DNA of 64,000 bases from Rhizophagus irregularis (Eukaryota), in the NCBI RefSeq assembly GCF_026210795.1, contig NC_089431.1:5580001-5644000 (forward strand), written 5' to 3'. The notes beneath the pieces were generated by a model that worked only from the letters and a program-made list of their open reading frames with translations, ran no database searches and had not been told where the DNA came from. The translations under genes and the position numbers were made by a program. This document shows positions 1-13,860 of the stretch, in pieces. Numbering within the stretch: the first letter of the stretch is position 1; every line of letters starts with the position of its first letter.

Positions 1-895
1 AAAATTTTGTAATTTTATAAATAAAGCTTAAAATTCTTTAAATTTTTGATAATTATATATTATTTTTCTGCACGTATATTAATTTAAATTAATACGAAAA
101 AATTACTGTAGGTAATATAAAGATTTTCTTTTCTAAAACTATACATCAAATCACGGAAATAAATTTTTTTTTTAATCAAAAATTTATTCAATATTTCTTT
201 CGGCTCTTCAATTTATTGAATTGAGATATAGAAATCATAATAAATATATAATAGTAAGTAATAGGGGATTTACTATCCCATGTCACATGTTTTGAAAATT
301 GTCACGTTATTTTGATTAACGATCGTTTTTAATCTTTTTTTTACTATCCATAATTCGCGTTCACAACTACTCTTTCCCTTAATTCAAGCTACTAAAATAT
401 ATTTTATTAATATATTTATTTAGATGAACAATACCCAAGATTTTTCCCATGGCGTATATGACGAAAATGATAATGAACCCAGCGATATTGACAATGAACC
501 CGAAATGAAATGTACAGGAAGAAGCTTTGGATACAAAAAAAACAATGCTCTATTTGTAACTCATAGTATCATGATTCACGAGATTGTCCTGAAAAGAATA
601 TAAAATATGATAAAGAAAATGTTTATCTTGGAGAAAGATATTTAATTATAACACTAAGGTTAGAATTAATGCATATGTTATGTTAGGCTAGGTAAAAGTA
701 TATAAATGAAGAAATTTGAGCAATGGAAAATTTATTGTATATTTATGTATTAAATATCGGCAAATTTATAAAAATCTTACGTTTCCATATGTTTATTTAA
801 AAATACTACAAAATGCTTCAAATATTTGTTTTTATTATAAATACAATACGGCTAAAATTTTCTTATTCAAATCATAAGGATTTTATAAAGTAATC

Positions 896-2372
896 CTACA
901 TAACTTGAAATATTTCAATTTCTTCTATTTCACACTCATCACACTCATCTGTGTTTCTGATCGGTTTTTCATAAGATCCTTTGTGGCATAGAATTAATGA
1001 TCCATTGATAGCTCAAAGATCAAATGATGGACCCTCGGTGAACCCGTTACAAATGGCATCCTTTTCATTTCTTATACGACTTAAAATAATATCACTATTC
1101 TTAAAAGAAAATATAAAGCTATCATTGGTAATACCATAACTTCCATCAAATTTCCATTCAATCGGATTATATCCTCCGAGAATTTCGTTACTATCTCTTA
1201 CTTTATAAATTGTTACGGTGCGGAATTGGTTCTTACAAGCGTTTTGACACTTCTTATATCTAAATAACGAACCAAAAACCCCAAATTCATTATGAGAATC
1301 ACGATATAATAATTTGAATTCATATGACTTGTCTGTAGTTTCTAATTTATCAATCCATTTTGAGATTAATTCGGCTTGCTGATTTGTAATGATCTTAGAA
1401 TCAATATTTTTTGATTGAATCTCTTTAACAATATGAGGTTCTGATTTTTTGATTGGTTCGTTATCACTATCCAAAAAATATTCTAACAAATCATTATATA
1501 ATTCCTTTGGTAAGATTTTTTTATAAGGTTTTACTTTCTTCAAAAATTCTTTGGAAGTTAAATTACGGAATTTAATAAAAGGAATACATTGTTGTAAGGT
1601 ATTCTTTAAAGTATTGAAATCATCTTTTGAAAAACTTGTAGGATCAGAAGGAAGTTCTGGATTTTGTGCAAGTCCCCATTTAATCACATGTTCCCAAACC
1701 TGAATTTCGTTCATTTGATGATTATCGTTCTTAATAATCGTAACTAAAAGTTTTTCTGGAACCGAAGTGAAACGTGGTGAGTTAAATATCTTATTTGATT
1801 CTTTTGAAATCAAATCAGTACAATATTTTTGAAGTTCTAAAAAAGAATCATTTTCATAAGTTGTTTGATATATCAAATCAAAATTTTGTTTCATACAATG
1901 TTTTTTATTTTCAATCAAAAAGGATTCTAGATAAGGGATTAATTCCTGAAGACCTAGTTCATTAGCAGCTATCAAGATTTTAATGATATCTGAAATATCA
2001 TATTCCTCCAAAAAAAGACTACCTCCATAAATATACCTAAAATAATAATAAAAAATATATAAAAAATAAATATTTATAATGCATGATGAGAGATATTCGT
2101 TTTTTTTTTCATTACCTTAAGATTATCCGGAAAGTATCAGGTAAAATACTTGGTAGTTTAATATTTGTCAAAGTTCCTTCATTTTTCTTTTTATTAGTTG
2201 ATAAAATTCTTCGCAAATAAGGGGAACGATAATTTAAAATAACCATATGAGCCCGAAATATTTTTATGTCCGGGTCATTACCAACTTCAACTGTAATATC
2301 ATAATATTCGTCATCATTTAAAATTTCAAGTAAATTTTGCGTTAATTTTGACAAAAGTTTATTATCAATCAT
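896..2372 (-). CDS. BTB/POZ-BACK-TLDc protein (paralogue A), 2 exons, premature stop in TLDc
   Basis: Exon 1 2372-2116 (DITVEVGNDP..FRAHMVILNYRSPY, BTB). GT-AG intron. Exon 2 from 2036 (BACK: EIQVWEHVIKWG; TLDc: FKLLYR, EILGGYNPIEW, DSFIFSF, GPSF). In-frame TGA at 1015-1013 is followed by 38 more TLDc-like codons and TAG at 898-896. Confidence 0.88.
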
Positions 2373-2835
2373 TATAATTTTTAAATAAGATAAATGAGAG
2401 TGTGAATCCCAAAAAAAAAAAACTAAATTACAAACCTTACTTATACAGCTTGAAGATCACAGCGGATCGCTAGATCGCTTGTAATCATGTTCAAATTAAC
2501 TAATTTTGGTACGTTCGGCGTTCAATAAGTACACGAAGAATCATATAGTAAGAATGCAAATTTATCCTCTTCACTAATCTAAACAACCGAATCATCGAAC
2601 TAATAAATGAAAAAAGTTTTTAAAAACTGTGGCTGCGTTGCTGTAATAATATATCAACCTCGAGTTTTAGAAACTTGTTTTGATTATTTGAATATCTTAT
2701 TTTTAATCGAGATTTTTTACACAAGGATATACAAAACTTGAAAATAACTTTAAATACTTCAAAATCTTCATAATTCAAATCGCTATTTTTTTCTAATCTC
2801 TATCTTTCCATAAGAACTTTTTTATAATAAATTCA

Positions 2836-3240
2836 TAGATGCCTTCAAACGGGATCCGGAACCCGGAAACCCGGACCCGGATCCGGGTTTGAAAATTTCA
2901 CCCGGGCCGGGTCCGGGCCGGCACATGATTTTCAACCCGGATTTTCGTAATTCTGGCCAAAATCGTCTTGATTCCGGCCGAAATTAAACTGGCCAAAATT
3001 AAGTTGGCCGATTTCTTTGTTTTTACAAATTAGAACTTAGATCCGGATTATCCATTGATATTCACTGAATGCAGCCGTTCAAAGATTGCAAATCCGGATA
3101 CCCGGATACCAATCCTAAATGTCAATCCGGATGGTAAAATCCGGATGTTCATAGGATATTCACTGAATTATAACAGAATTCGGGTCACTTGAAGTTTTGG
3201 TTGTCGGGATTGTCGGGTACCCAGGTTACTAGTCGGGTAT
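2836..3240. mobile_element. GC-rich CCGG/ATCCGGAT-repeat segment, probable non-autonomous DNA transposon relic
   Basis: Dense (A)TCCGG(AT) and ACCCGG motifs and a local hairpin (CAAAC...GTTTG, about 2847-2891) in an AT-rich background. Similar motifs at about 5818-5880 and 33530-33590. Ends and TSD not resolved. Confidence 0.4.
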
Positions 3241-4159
3241 ATATAACACGTGACATATATATATGATGGCGTAGTATATAATACGTTATACGTAATCTTT
3301 TCAACAATATTACTTTATTTGATTTTTATTGAACAAAGCTCCTCCTTTTTAATTAAAAAAAAAACAAAAAAAAAATTGCATATTCTTGAAAATCAAACAT
3401 TAATATTAAACATAAAAAAAAATAAAAGATTTCTCCCTTCCAAATACAATAAAATCTGTAAAATCACGTTTATTTACTTCATTAAACATCCTCTTAATAT
3501 GAGTATCCTCTTAATATGAGTGAAAAAATATGCTAAAAGTTAGGAAAGAAATGACATGAGAAATTTATATTATTTTTTTCTTCTGCTTTATTTATCTAAA
3601 TCCTTATTCTGTTTACCTTGTATAATTCTAAGATAGCGTCATATTTAATTGTTAAGTTTTTTTTTAACGATAAAATAATTTTTTACTTTCTTTTATTAGA
3701 ATAAATTCTCTAAAAATTTTATGTTAAATAAATTTCTCCACATGGATCTGCAATTTTAGCTCAAATATTGGCAAAAATTAAAAATTTCGATAAATGATCT
3801 TACAAAAATTTGACGTTTAATGTTAAAAAAAAAATAGTGTTTTTTTAACATTACAATATGTAATTTATGAGCCGTTGTGCATTTTATTATAAACCTAGAT
3901 ATTTGTTAAATTTCTTATAATTCCGGAAATTAAAAGATCGTATATAATATATATTGCGTAAAAAAATTTATAATTTAACTAGTTCCTGCATCCAAACAAA
4001 AAAATACTATTTATGTTTTGTTGTGTATAAAGAATAATAAATAAATAAATTAATAAAAATGCATTAAAAAAATTTTATTCTTTAATTTGTTCATTCATTC
4101 ATTCCCAGGGTAACTTAATTTTATGAAAACGAACATCAAATATTTCTAAATTTACCATT

Positions 4160-4909
4160 GCTATCTTTTCTCCAATAGGTTTTGTACTTCAGGCGTAAAT
4201 TTATCTTTGACATGAATTCTATTTAAATTTTCATGACCTGAAGATTGTGAACTAGTACTTCTATTTATCATTTCTCCTTGAACATGCCCTACAAAATTCA
4301 AAAAAAATATAGTTAGTTACAAAATATAACTAAATAAGATTCCGTTCAGGCTGTAACCTTGGATGCAACTGGACGGATACCATCCGGTCGTAAACCCTGC
4401 AGCGCGCACCATCCCTTCATACTTACTATATATAGTGGCCTCCCTGATATTTTTAGCAGAACTATTTCCATTTATCATTTCTCCTTGCCCTATATCAAAA
4501 AACTGAGATTAGTTACAAAAATAACTAAGTAAGATTCTGTTCAGGCTGTAACCTTGGATGCAACTGAGCGGATACCACCCGGTCGTAAACCCTGCAGCGC
4601 GCACCATCCCTTCATACTTACCATATATAGTGGTTTTCCTAATATTTTTAGCAGTCATTTCTCCTTGAGTATGCCCTATATCAAAAAACTAAGGTTAGTT
4701 ACAAACATAACTAAGTAAGATTCCGTTCAGGCTGTAACCTTGGATGCAACTGAGCGGATACCACCCGGTCGTAAACCCTACAGCGCGCACCATCTCTTCA
4801 TGCTTACCATACATAATGATTTCTCTAATCGTTTGGCAGCCCTTACTTGCCCTCGAATATCATGTTGTGCTTGACTTAGAAATGATTTCTTCCTATAATG
4901 TCTGGTCAT
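4160..4909 (-). pseudogene. Small 4-exon gene or pseudogene built from tandem exon+intron units
   Basis: Exons 4909-4808, 4675-4622, 4489-4427 and 4288 to about 4160 share motifs (QGEM..AKNIR..TIY). Introns have GTAAG donors, CTAA branch sites and TAG acceptors. Exon 1 is out of phase with exon 2 (apparent 1-nt deletion). Confidence 0.5.
4289..4807 (-). repeat. Three near-identical introns with a GC-rich core of about 80 nt (4289-4426, 4490-4621, 4676-4807)
   Basis: The + strand repeat GTTCAGGCTGTAACCTTGGATGCAACTG..GGATACCA.CCGGTCGTAAACCCT.CAGCGCGCACCATC occurs three times. Confidence 0.9.
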
Positions 4910-6937
4910 TTTAATATTTTTTTTTTAGATAAGATATAGATAAGATTTAAGATATTAAGAATTATTAAGAAATATTAAAAATATTAAAAAAATAAATTTA
5001 ACGATGAGTAGTTGTAGTTTAACGATATTAAAAAAATAAAATTTAACGATGAAAACTATCTATCAAATTTTTGTCCTCTTTTATATTATTTTTCTCATCA
5101 TGTGATATGAGTCAAATGATGCAAAAAAAAACGTAACTATGACTGTAGCTATAACAGTTTTATTCACATCAATATGTCAATACAAGTCATACTGCCTACA
5201 AATTATAAATCATGAATAATTAAGAGTTTTTATGAATAATTGGTCTTACTCATATACTATAATGACATAGTAATATTTCCTAATAAAGTAAAAGCGTGTA
5301 TATTAGTAGTAATATATACTTACTAAAGTTATATAATTATGACTTCACATTGACTATATATTACAATTTACAAGCCACAATTATATTATTAGCCAGCAAT
5401 GATTTAATTTTTGTCATTTATTAATCCGACCAATTATTACTCTATTAGTTTTGTATTTCAGTCATATGTTATTTGAATTTACTCATCTGATATTATTAAT
5501 GATTAATAGTTTGTTTTGTCATCTTTATATCGAAAACATAATTAGTTTTATGACATATGATTATTATATGTATAAGAAAATTATACTAATAATATTATAG
5601 AAAATCTAATTTATCAAATTTATCATGAAATTAATAAAAGTTTCTTAAATAATCATAAAATAAATTTGTTTTTATAATAATAAAATTTTACATTTGATTA
5701 TTACATATTAAACATTTTTACTAAAAAATATATAATGAATGAATTCTATATTAAAATATCAAAATAATAAAACTTTAAAAATAAAAATGTGGAAACGCAA
5801 TTACATAAAGAATTCTTATCCTGGTCCGGTTTTTGGGTTTCAAAATATAGCCAAATATAACCTCGAACATGATCCGGATGGATGATAATTATAAATTTTT
5901 TATCGATCTATACTTTACGTTATACACTCCTCCTTTTTCACCGACAAAATGAGGTTTGTAAAGGTTGTATTATTAGAGGAACCACCAAATTTAAATTATT
6001 GGGAAAAAAATGATATTAGAAATCTAAAAAATCGCCAAACTACTGTAACCGAGAATGGTATAGTACATATTGTGGCATATTTTAATAATATTTGTAAAAC
6101 TATTTAAAAATATTGATAACCATTATAGCAAAATGTAATACCTTAATAGTTTATTATAATAAATAATTTTAAGTTTTTCATCACTTTTTTGCATAAGCTA
6201 TGCTCGTATGTTATCTGAAATAATTACGTCCACATGTATAGTATGTTCGAAATAAGATTGATTTTTACAAAAATTTTTTGATAAATTACTTATTTAACAA
6301 GGAGCTTTTTATCCGAACTCAGAAAATCCACTACACCTTGGGAAGTCTTGGAAAGAATGAATTTCCATCAGAAGAAATCACATGCTATAAGACATATTAA
6401 AGCAAGAATGATAACTTCATTTTTAACACTTTTACTACAAGCAACGAGTGATGTTAGTTAAAAAATTGATATTAAACTGCAACTTCTTAAAATGAACAAA
6501 CAATTGTTTCACAAAAAAAAACGATATTATTAAGGACAAACCTTTTTACTTGTCGGAATTATAAGTGTCCTACATTGTGCATGAGAGAATTCTTTAATAT
6601 ACGTTTCAGGTTATTAAATTTTTTCCGTAAGAAAATTCTACGAGAAATTGTGTGTAGAATTTATTACTCAAAATACATTTATAAATGGGATATCATTCTT
6701 AAGTGTCTCAAAAAATAAAAATAATCTAATTTGTTTTCAAAAAAAATTAAATAAAATTGAATCTTTATTATCAGACAACATGTTCTCAAGTCATCAAAAA
6801 CAAGCCAAAGTTAACAAAAAAAAGCTATAAATATAAGAAATGTAATGAATGTAATTAAGAAAAGAAAAATTTTATATATGAAAGTCACCATTAGTTACAT
6901 TTATTAAAATATAAAGACAATACTCAAGCCCAATAAA

Positions 6938-7082
6938 TTGGAAACAAAGTTGTTGACGATTTTATTAGGTATACTCAAAGTGATAGTGTTGCTATGACAG
7001 GTAAAATGGAGTTTGTTCTTTATGATCAATTCAAAAAATATAAAATTTATTGCTGAGGGAAGGTTTGGTAAAATTTATATTA
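6938..7082 (+). pseudogene. Protein kinase N-lobe fragment
   Basis: Reads GNKVVDDFIRYTQ..GKMEFVLYDQFK, then after frameshifts IKFIAEG/GFGKIY. No continuation seen. Confidence 0.7.
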
Positions 7083-10049
7083 TAGAAAACATGTATTGTA
7101 CGGTTGATTTTTTCGCATGTATGAATACAATTTTTTTTTAAGAAATGCATGTGTAACGAACGAACATTTATCAATATTTCAAAGTTATTGTAACAAATGA
7201 GCCATATCCTTTTAAAACAATTTTTAATTATATTTGTATATTTTTTTGTTGATTCAATTAATTACGTCAAAAGAAATGAAAATAAAATAATAAAATGTAT
7301 TTGAAATATGATATCTAATAATCTATTATCACATTCTAATTCTTAATCGAGAATTATTATTTATTTCAGGAACAATACTGAGACTTTTTTCTGAAATTAC
7401 TTTGTCTTTCATTTGCCTCATGTCTCCAACAATTCCATCTAAATAAATAATTTGTAGTAAAAGAATAATTGAATCAAAATTACATAATTTATCGTTAAGA
7501 CTTTATAAAGATTGTTAAATTTAGTATTACCGTTTGGATTAGGCTTTTCTCTTATACTATTTAGAATGTTTAATGAGTAAGTTAATTAAATTATTTCGCT
7601 TCTTGTTTCAAATTTGCAAGGTGATAAACTCATAACTTGTTAATTGATAGAAAACTATATAATTATGTCAGATTTCTTTAATTATATATATCTTAGGAAC
7701 CATATAAGAAATTCCTTCGTATTATTGATGCACTAGAATATTAATCAGTTGCTAAAAAAATAAAAGAAATAATTAATATGGTCTGCCGTTTAGAATAACC
7801 TCCACTCTCCAGTCTCTCCATAGTCCATATAAATAATTTGAATTGTGTAACATGAAAACCAGTGCCTGCGTGCCATAATATAAGAACCCGTGACAGGCGT
7901 GACATACTTGCTCCTGATCTATTCCTTATTTATTATTACACTAAATCGTTACGACGTTACGTAATCATTTCTTTTCATTCAACTTATTTTTTATATTAAA
8001 CCATATATTTTTATTTAAACCTATATTTGCGATCCATCATCTTATGACTTTTTTAGTAGAAATAATAAATTGAATGGTTTCTTATAATTTTTCATGTTCA
8101 TTATTTGTCACGTTGTTTATTTAAATAAATTCCGAAATGAAACTCACCCAAGAACCAGAGCCGAAACCTACAAATAGAAAAAAAAATAAAAAAAAAATTT
8201 TTTTTTAAAAAAAAATAAAGCTTCGAAGTGTTATTCAAAATGAAACTCGGCATATCCAATGCCAAAGAACCGAACCTATGAAATAGAAAAAAAAATTTCA
8301 TAAATTATTTTTTTTTTAAGTTTTTTTTGAAGCGAAATGAAACTTTATCTAAAACCTGTATCGAATTAAATAAAAAAAAAGTTTAAAAAAAATTATCACA
8401 TATACACGTGATAATCTTGATATTCGTAAAGTTGTGTCAAAATTTTGGTCGAAGACCGAACTTTGGCTGAAATTTAGCCAAAAGTCACATGACCAAAATT
8501 TCTGGTGCAGAATCTATCGAAAAGCAGCAAATTGAAAAACAAAACAAATTGCCAAATAAATCTTCAAATTCGTATGTATCTTTTAAATGTGTAATAAACA
8601 ATTGATTTATACTGTTAACATTGTTAACATTAGAATATTGACACCGCAGCTAACACTTCGTAGATCATAACGTAAAAAAGACAAATGTTGGAAAACGGTC
8701 TAATTAATAGGAATTTACTATACATAAATTGACCTTATTATGTAATGATTGCATTTCGCATTATGTTTGAACATATTATTTGAACATCATTTGTAGGTTA
8801 AGTTAGTGCTTGTTTATGTTTACAATACAGCTTATGAATATTTAATATTACATAAACAAATAATGATTTTTCGAATAATATATGATCAAATAACATTTTT
8901 TTACATACATTTTATGGAAATAGTGTTTTCATAGGGTTGGCAAATCGACTCGCCACTTCCTATTATCTTCATCAAATTCTTCAATCTCTTCTTTTGTTGG
9001 AATCACGTTGGAATTATATGGGTGGTATGTCGGAATAACTTTTTCACTCGCAAATTCACATTCCACTAATTGATTTATTAACATGTTCCAAATGTTCCCG
9101 TCATCCTCTTCCTTGATAACCTTGTCACCTTTGAAGATTGAAGCGAAATTTCAATATTTATTATATTTATTTTACTATATTATGTTATTTACATTACAAA
9201 CATATATTTTTTGGCTTTCTAAGCTTTTTTTAAACTTTTTTTAATATTTTTCCTTATAGAACTAGTAAAAAGTTGAAGGGTACTTTTATTGTATTATTGT
9301 ATAATTAAACCAAATAATAGTCTAATACTGACACCAATTGCCTTTTCTTTTTTAAAAGAATTATTTTTTTTATTATTTATTTATTTTTTCTCTTAGCTTG
9401 GAATTTGGCGAAATGATGCGTGCAGCGTGCCACTATTAAACTATTATTTGGTCTACTCATCATACAAATAATATTAAAAAAAAATTTCGTATATTAAACC
9501 CTTCTAATATTGCTGGTATTAGTACTATACCCAAGATGTTTTGTATTATACCTGGATATCTTGTGCAGTGTGGTACGATAGCAGTTAAAATATTAAAAAA
9601 TCAAAGGATTAAAAATATGGTTAAATGCTAACGTTGCTATTATTGTTAATATTATTGTTAATACAGAACTTCATGCTAAATTCCATTGGTAGTTCCCTTG
9701 TTGTATGAAAGAAATGTGTACTTTTTTTTTATTTGCATGATTATACAGTATTTGATTATCTATTAAATTTAAATATATGTATTAATGATCTATTAAACAA
9801 CTGGAATCCCAAGTAACCCTATAAAAAATTTATTTCGTGTTTTTTTTATTCCATGTTATCTCCGTAAATGTATCATATGCACGCGATTTATAGCCTCAAA
9901 ACATGGAAATTATCCAAATTGCTTAGATTTTTAGTTATTTTTCCGTAAATTATTATATTTACAGACATTACGGATATAGGTAATATATGGTAGCAAGATC
10001 TCGGTATTACTAGCTCTACGTTATCGACTCTACATGCTGTTTTGATTCA

Positions 10050-13000
10050 TCATCTGTATTTTCTGTCACTTTTTATTTCATGTAAATTATACATTTCATG
10101 TGCTTTATCAATATTTATTTCGGTTCCTACCCCACGTTCATAACAATATCCAAGATTATTTATTGAACGAATATGTCCCTTTTCAGCTGCTTTTTTATAA
10201 AATTCAAATGCCTTCACTTCATTTATCTCAGTTCCTATTCCACGTTCATAACAATATCCAATATCATATAACGCATTAGTATGACCTTTTTCAGCTACTT
10301 CTTTATACAATTCAAAAGCCTTGATCATATTTTCTTTAGTTCCCAATCCACATTTATAATAATTTCCAAGTTTATTTAATGAATCAATATGTCCCTTTTC
10401 CGCCGCTTCCTTATATAATTCAAGTGCTTTAATCACATTTTCTTCAGTTCCTAATCCATATTGATAACAATTTCCAAGCCTAGATATTGAATCAATATGA
10501 CCTCTCGTGGCTGCTTTTTCATAAAATTCAAATGCTTTATATTCATTCTTTTCGGTTCCTATCCCATATTCATAACTATATCCAATATCATTTATTGCAG
10601 CAATATGTCCCTTCTCTGCTGCGTTTTTATATGACTCAAACGCCCTAGCCTTATCTTTTTTGGTTCCTATTCCACATTCGTAACAATGTCCAAGATTGTA
10701 TATTGATTTAATATCATCTTTCATAGCGGCTATTTCATATAATTTAAATGCCTTCACTTCATTTTTTTCAGGCCCTATTCCATGTTCGTAACAATATCCA
10801 AGATTATATATAGAATCAATCTGACCTTTTTCAGCTGCTTCATTATATAGTTCAATTGCTTTAATTATATTTATTTCAGATCCTATTCCATATTGATAAC
10901 AATATCCAAGACTATTTATTGAAATGATATGGCCCCTTTCAGCCGCTTTTTTATATAATTCAAACGCTTTTAATTCATTTTTTTCAGTTCCTATTCCATA
11001 TTCATAACAATATCCAAGATTATAAATTGAATTAATCAGATCTTTTTTGGCTGCTTCTTCATACAATTCAAATGCCTTGATCTCATTTTTTTCAGTTCCG
11101 ATCCCATGTTGATAACAATATCCGAGATAATTTAATGAATTAATGTGACCTTTTTCAGCTGCTTTTTTATATAATTCAAATGCTTTTGTTTCGTCTTTTT
11201 CAGTGCCTATTCCGTAACGATAACAATATCCAAGGTTAAAGATTAAACTAATGTGACCTTTTTCAGCTGCTTCTTTATATAATTCAAATGTTTTGGTTTC
11301 ATTTTTTTCAGTTCCTATACCATATTCATAACAATATCCAAGATTATTAATTGAATTAATTTGACCCTTCTCAGCAGCATCTTTATATAAGTTAAATGCT
11401 TTTGTTTCATTCTTTTCAGTTCCTATTCCATGTTGATAACAATATCCAAGATTATTTATTGAAGTGAGATGATTATTTTTAGCCGCTTCTTCATACAATT
11501 CAAGTGCTTTAATCACATTTTTTTCAATTCCAATACCATGTTGATAACAATACCCAAGATTATATATTGAATTAATATGACCATTTTCAATTGCTTTTTC
11601 ATATAATTCAAATGCTTTTAATTCATTCTTTTCAGTTCCTATACCATATTGATAACAATAACCAAGTTGAAATATTGATTCAACAGAATCCTTTTCAGAG
11701 GATTCTTTATATAATTCAAATGTTTTAACTTTATCTTCTTTAATACCTATTCCATATTTATAAAAAATTGCTAATAAAAGATTAATATTTTGTAATTTAC
11801 TAGTATCCTTATTATTCAATAAGTAATTAAACATTTCAACCTCATTTTTGTTATTTGATATAATATTTTGTTTAACTATTTGAATATAATTTTCAATATT
11901 AATTTCTTTTTGTATAGAATTTTCATGTAAAAATAATAATTCTTCAATAATCTTTTTATAATTTTCATCATCATCATCATCATCATCATTTGTTATTGAA
12001 ATTTTTTCTGTTAACATATTATCATATTCTTCCATTAATTTATCAATTTTCGCTTGTAATGTAATATTAGTAATACCAGAACTTGATAAACTATTACTTG
12101 ATAAACTATTACTAATACCATTAATACCAAAATTATCACTATCATCAATAGTAAAATCATCATTAATTTCCGATAAAGTTTTAGTTTCACCTATTATATT
12201 CAAATTAATTAATTTTAATTCAGAAAATACTTGTTGCATATCCGGTCTATTATCTGGATTATCTTGCCAACATTCTGAAAAGGGTAACAAATAAAATATT
12301 TATTAGTACAGTATTAACATAATTAAAAAAAAAACAACATAATTTATTACCATTATATATTTTAATATAATCAATTGGTGTATCAGAAGTTGGAGTTTCC
12401 CTTTTTCCATTTAAAATTTCTAACATTAAAGTTGGTTTTTGAAAAGGTTTATCATAAGTTTCAAAAGGTTTTTTTCCTGATGATAACTCCCATAAAAGTA
12501 CTCCTACACTATATACATCAGATTTTTTGTTCGATTTATAATGATTCTTATTATTATCATCATTTTTTTGTTTTTTGAAATGTTGTGGATCAATATAAGG
12601 AATCATTCCAAATATATCTTTTGGTGAATTTGATACTTCAGCTAATCTACGTGAAAGTCCAAAATCTGCCAATTTAATTATATTCTGATGAATCAATATA
12701 TTATTTGAATGCTATTTATTTTGATAAAAATGAAATAATTAAATTAAGTATTAAATTTGAGTAAATTTTAAAATAATAAATAAATAAATTTCTTACTAGG
12801 TCACGATGAATAATATTCTTTTGATGTAAACATAAAACCGCATCAGCAATTTGTATTGCAAATTTTATTTTCATATCCCAATCTAATTTATTAAAATTCT
12901 TTTTTAAATAATTCCTTAATGTACCACTATCAGCGTATTCGAGAATTAGTAAGTAATCTGGATTCAAATCATCTTCATTATCTAAGTAAAAATAAAAAAT

Positions 13001-13560
13001 AAAAAATAAAATAAAATAAAATAAAATAAAATAAATAATAAAATAAATATTATTCGTAATATAACTTATAATTAAACGAAAAAAAAAAAGAAATTTTTTT
13101 AAAAAAAAATAAAAAATAGCTCGATATAAAATGTGTGAATTATCACATTTTTGAGACCATTACTTATATTACTCTTAAATTAATACTTACCGTTACTTTT
13201 TCTTTTAGTAATACCAAAAAATCTAATTATATTTGCATGAAATTGAGTTAAATGTAATAATTGTAACTAAAAAAAAAAGGAATAAGTCAGTCAATTTTTT
13301 TATGAAATATTATTATAAATTTTCTTTACCTCGTTAACAATTTCTATAATACAACTATCAGTTCTAAAAGATTTTAATGCAATAACAGTATTGGAACTTT
13401 CCCAATTTGCTCTATACACATTACTAAAAGCTCCAGAACCTATACGTCTAATATTTTGAAATTCTTTATATTCATAATAATTTATGTAACATTTTGAAAT
13501 TCCATCCTCAATCCATTGAATCCATTTATCCGAATCAGTACTATTATGTTTACTATCCAT
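10050..13560 (-). CDS. Tyrosine-kinase-like kinase with 16 C-terminal Sel1-like repeats (5 exons)
   Basis: Exons about 13560-13330, 13266-13191, 12981-12797, 12711-12351 and 12274-10050 with GT-AG introns. Motifs GSGAFS, IALK, HRDL/HSNN, DFG, SDVYSVG. Sixteen 36-aa LGYCYxxGIGTEK repeats. Confidence 0.93.
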
Positions 13561-13756
13561 TATATAAAAAAATGAATGAAATGAAAAAAATATGTTGGGT
13601 GTCGAGTGATGTGCATTTGTCAACATGCGAACAAAATTATTCATAAATGTTTTCGTGTTACGATACGAATGACGATCATTAATTAAAAAATTACGACAAA
13701 TAATAATAATCGGGGTGTAACTAGCGGACTGACAAAAAAAAAAAAAATTTTTTTTG

Positions 13757-13860
13757 CATTCATATCGTAAAATTTATTTTGAATTCATATCGTAAAATTT
13801 ATTTTGAATTCATCTCGTGAATTTTTTTTTTTTAAATTCGATCTCGTAAAATTTTTTTTT
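13757..13860. repeat. Short tandem repeat ATTCATATCGTAAAATTTATTTTGA, about 4 degenerate copies
   Basis: Seen directly, upstream of the kinase-Sel1 gene. Confidence 0.7.

Noticed and set aside
3250..3519. Short F/L/I/K-rich ORFs (also 6648, 8101, 34342, 42498, 43557, 49364, 62018, 62329)
   Set aside because: Composition expected from AT-rich non-coding DNA; no recognisable motifs.
4338..4420. Intron core as tRNA-Tyr, TPP riboswitch, twister/HDV/hammerhead ribozyme or SECIS
   Set aside because: Only partial resemblances. There is a CTGTAAC loop but no D or T arm. CTGAG occurs in only two copies, without TPP P4/P5. CCGGTCGTAAACCC lacks the twister P2'/GAG. No CTGATGA/GAAA core. Spacing is too long for SECIS.
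8900..9700. Coding-like fragments on the minus strand
   Set aside because: Short, with no start and no family I can recognise.
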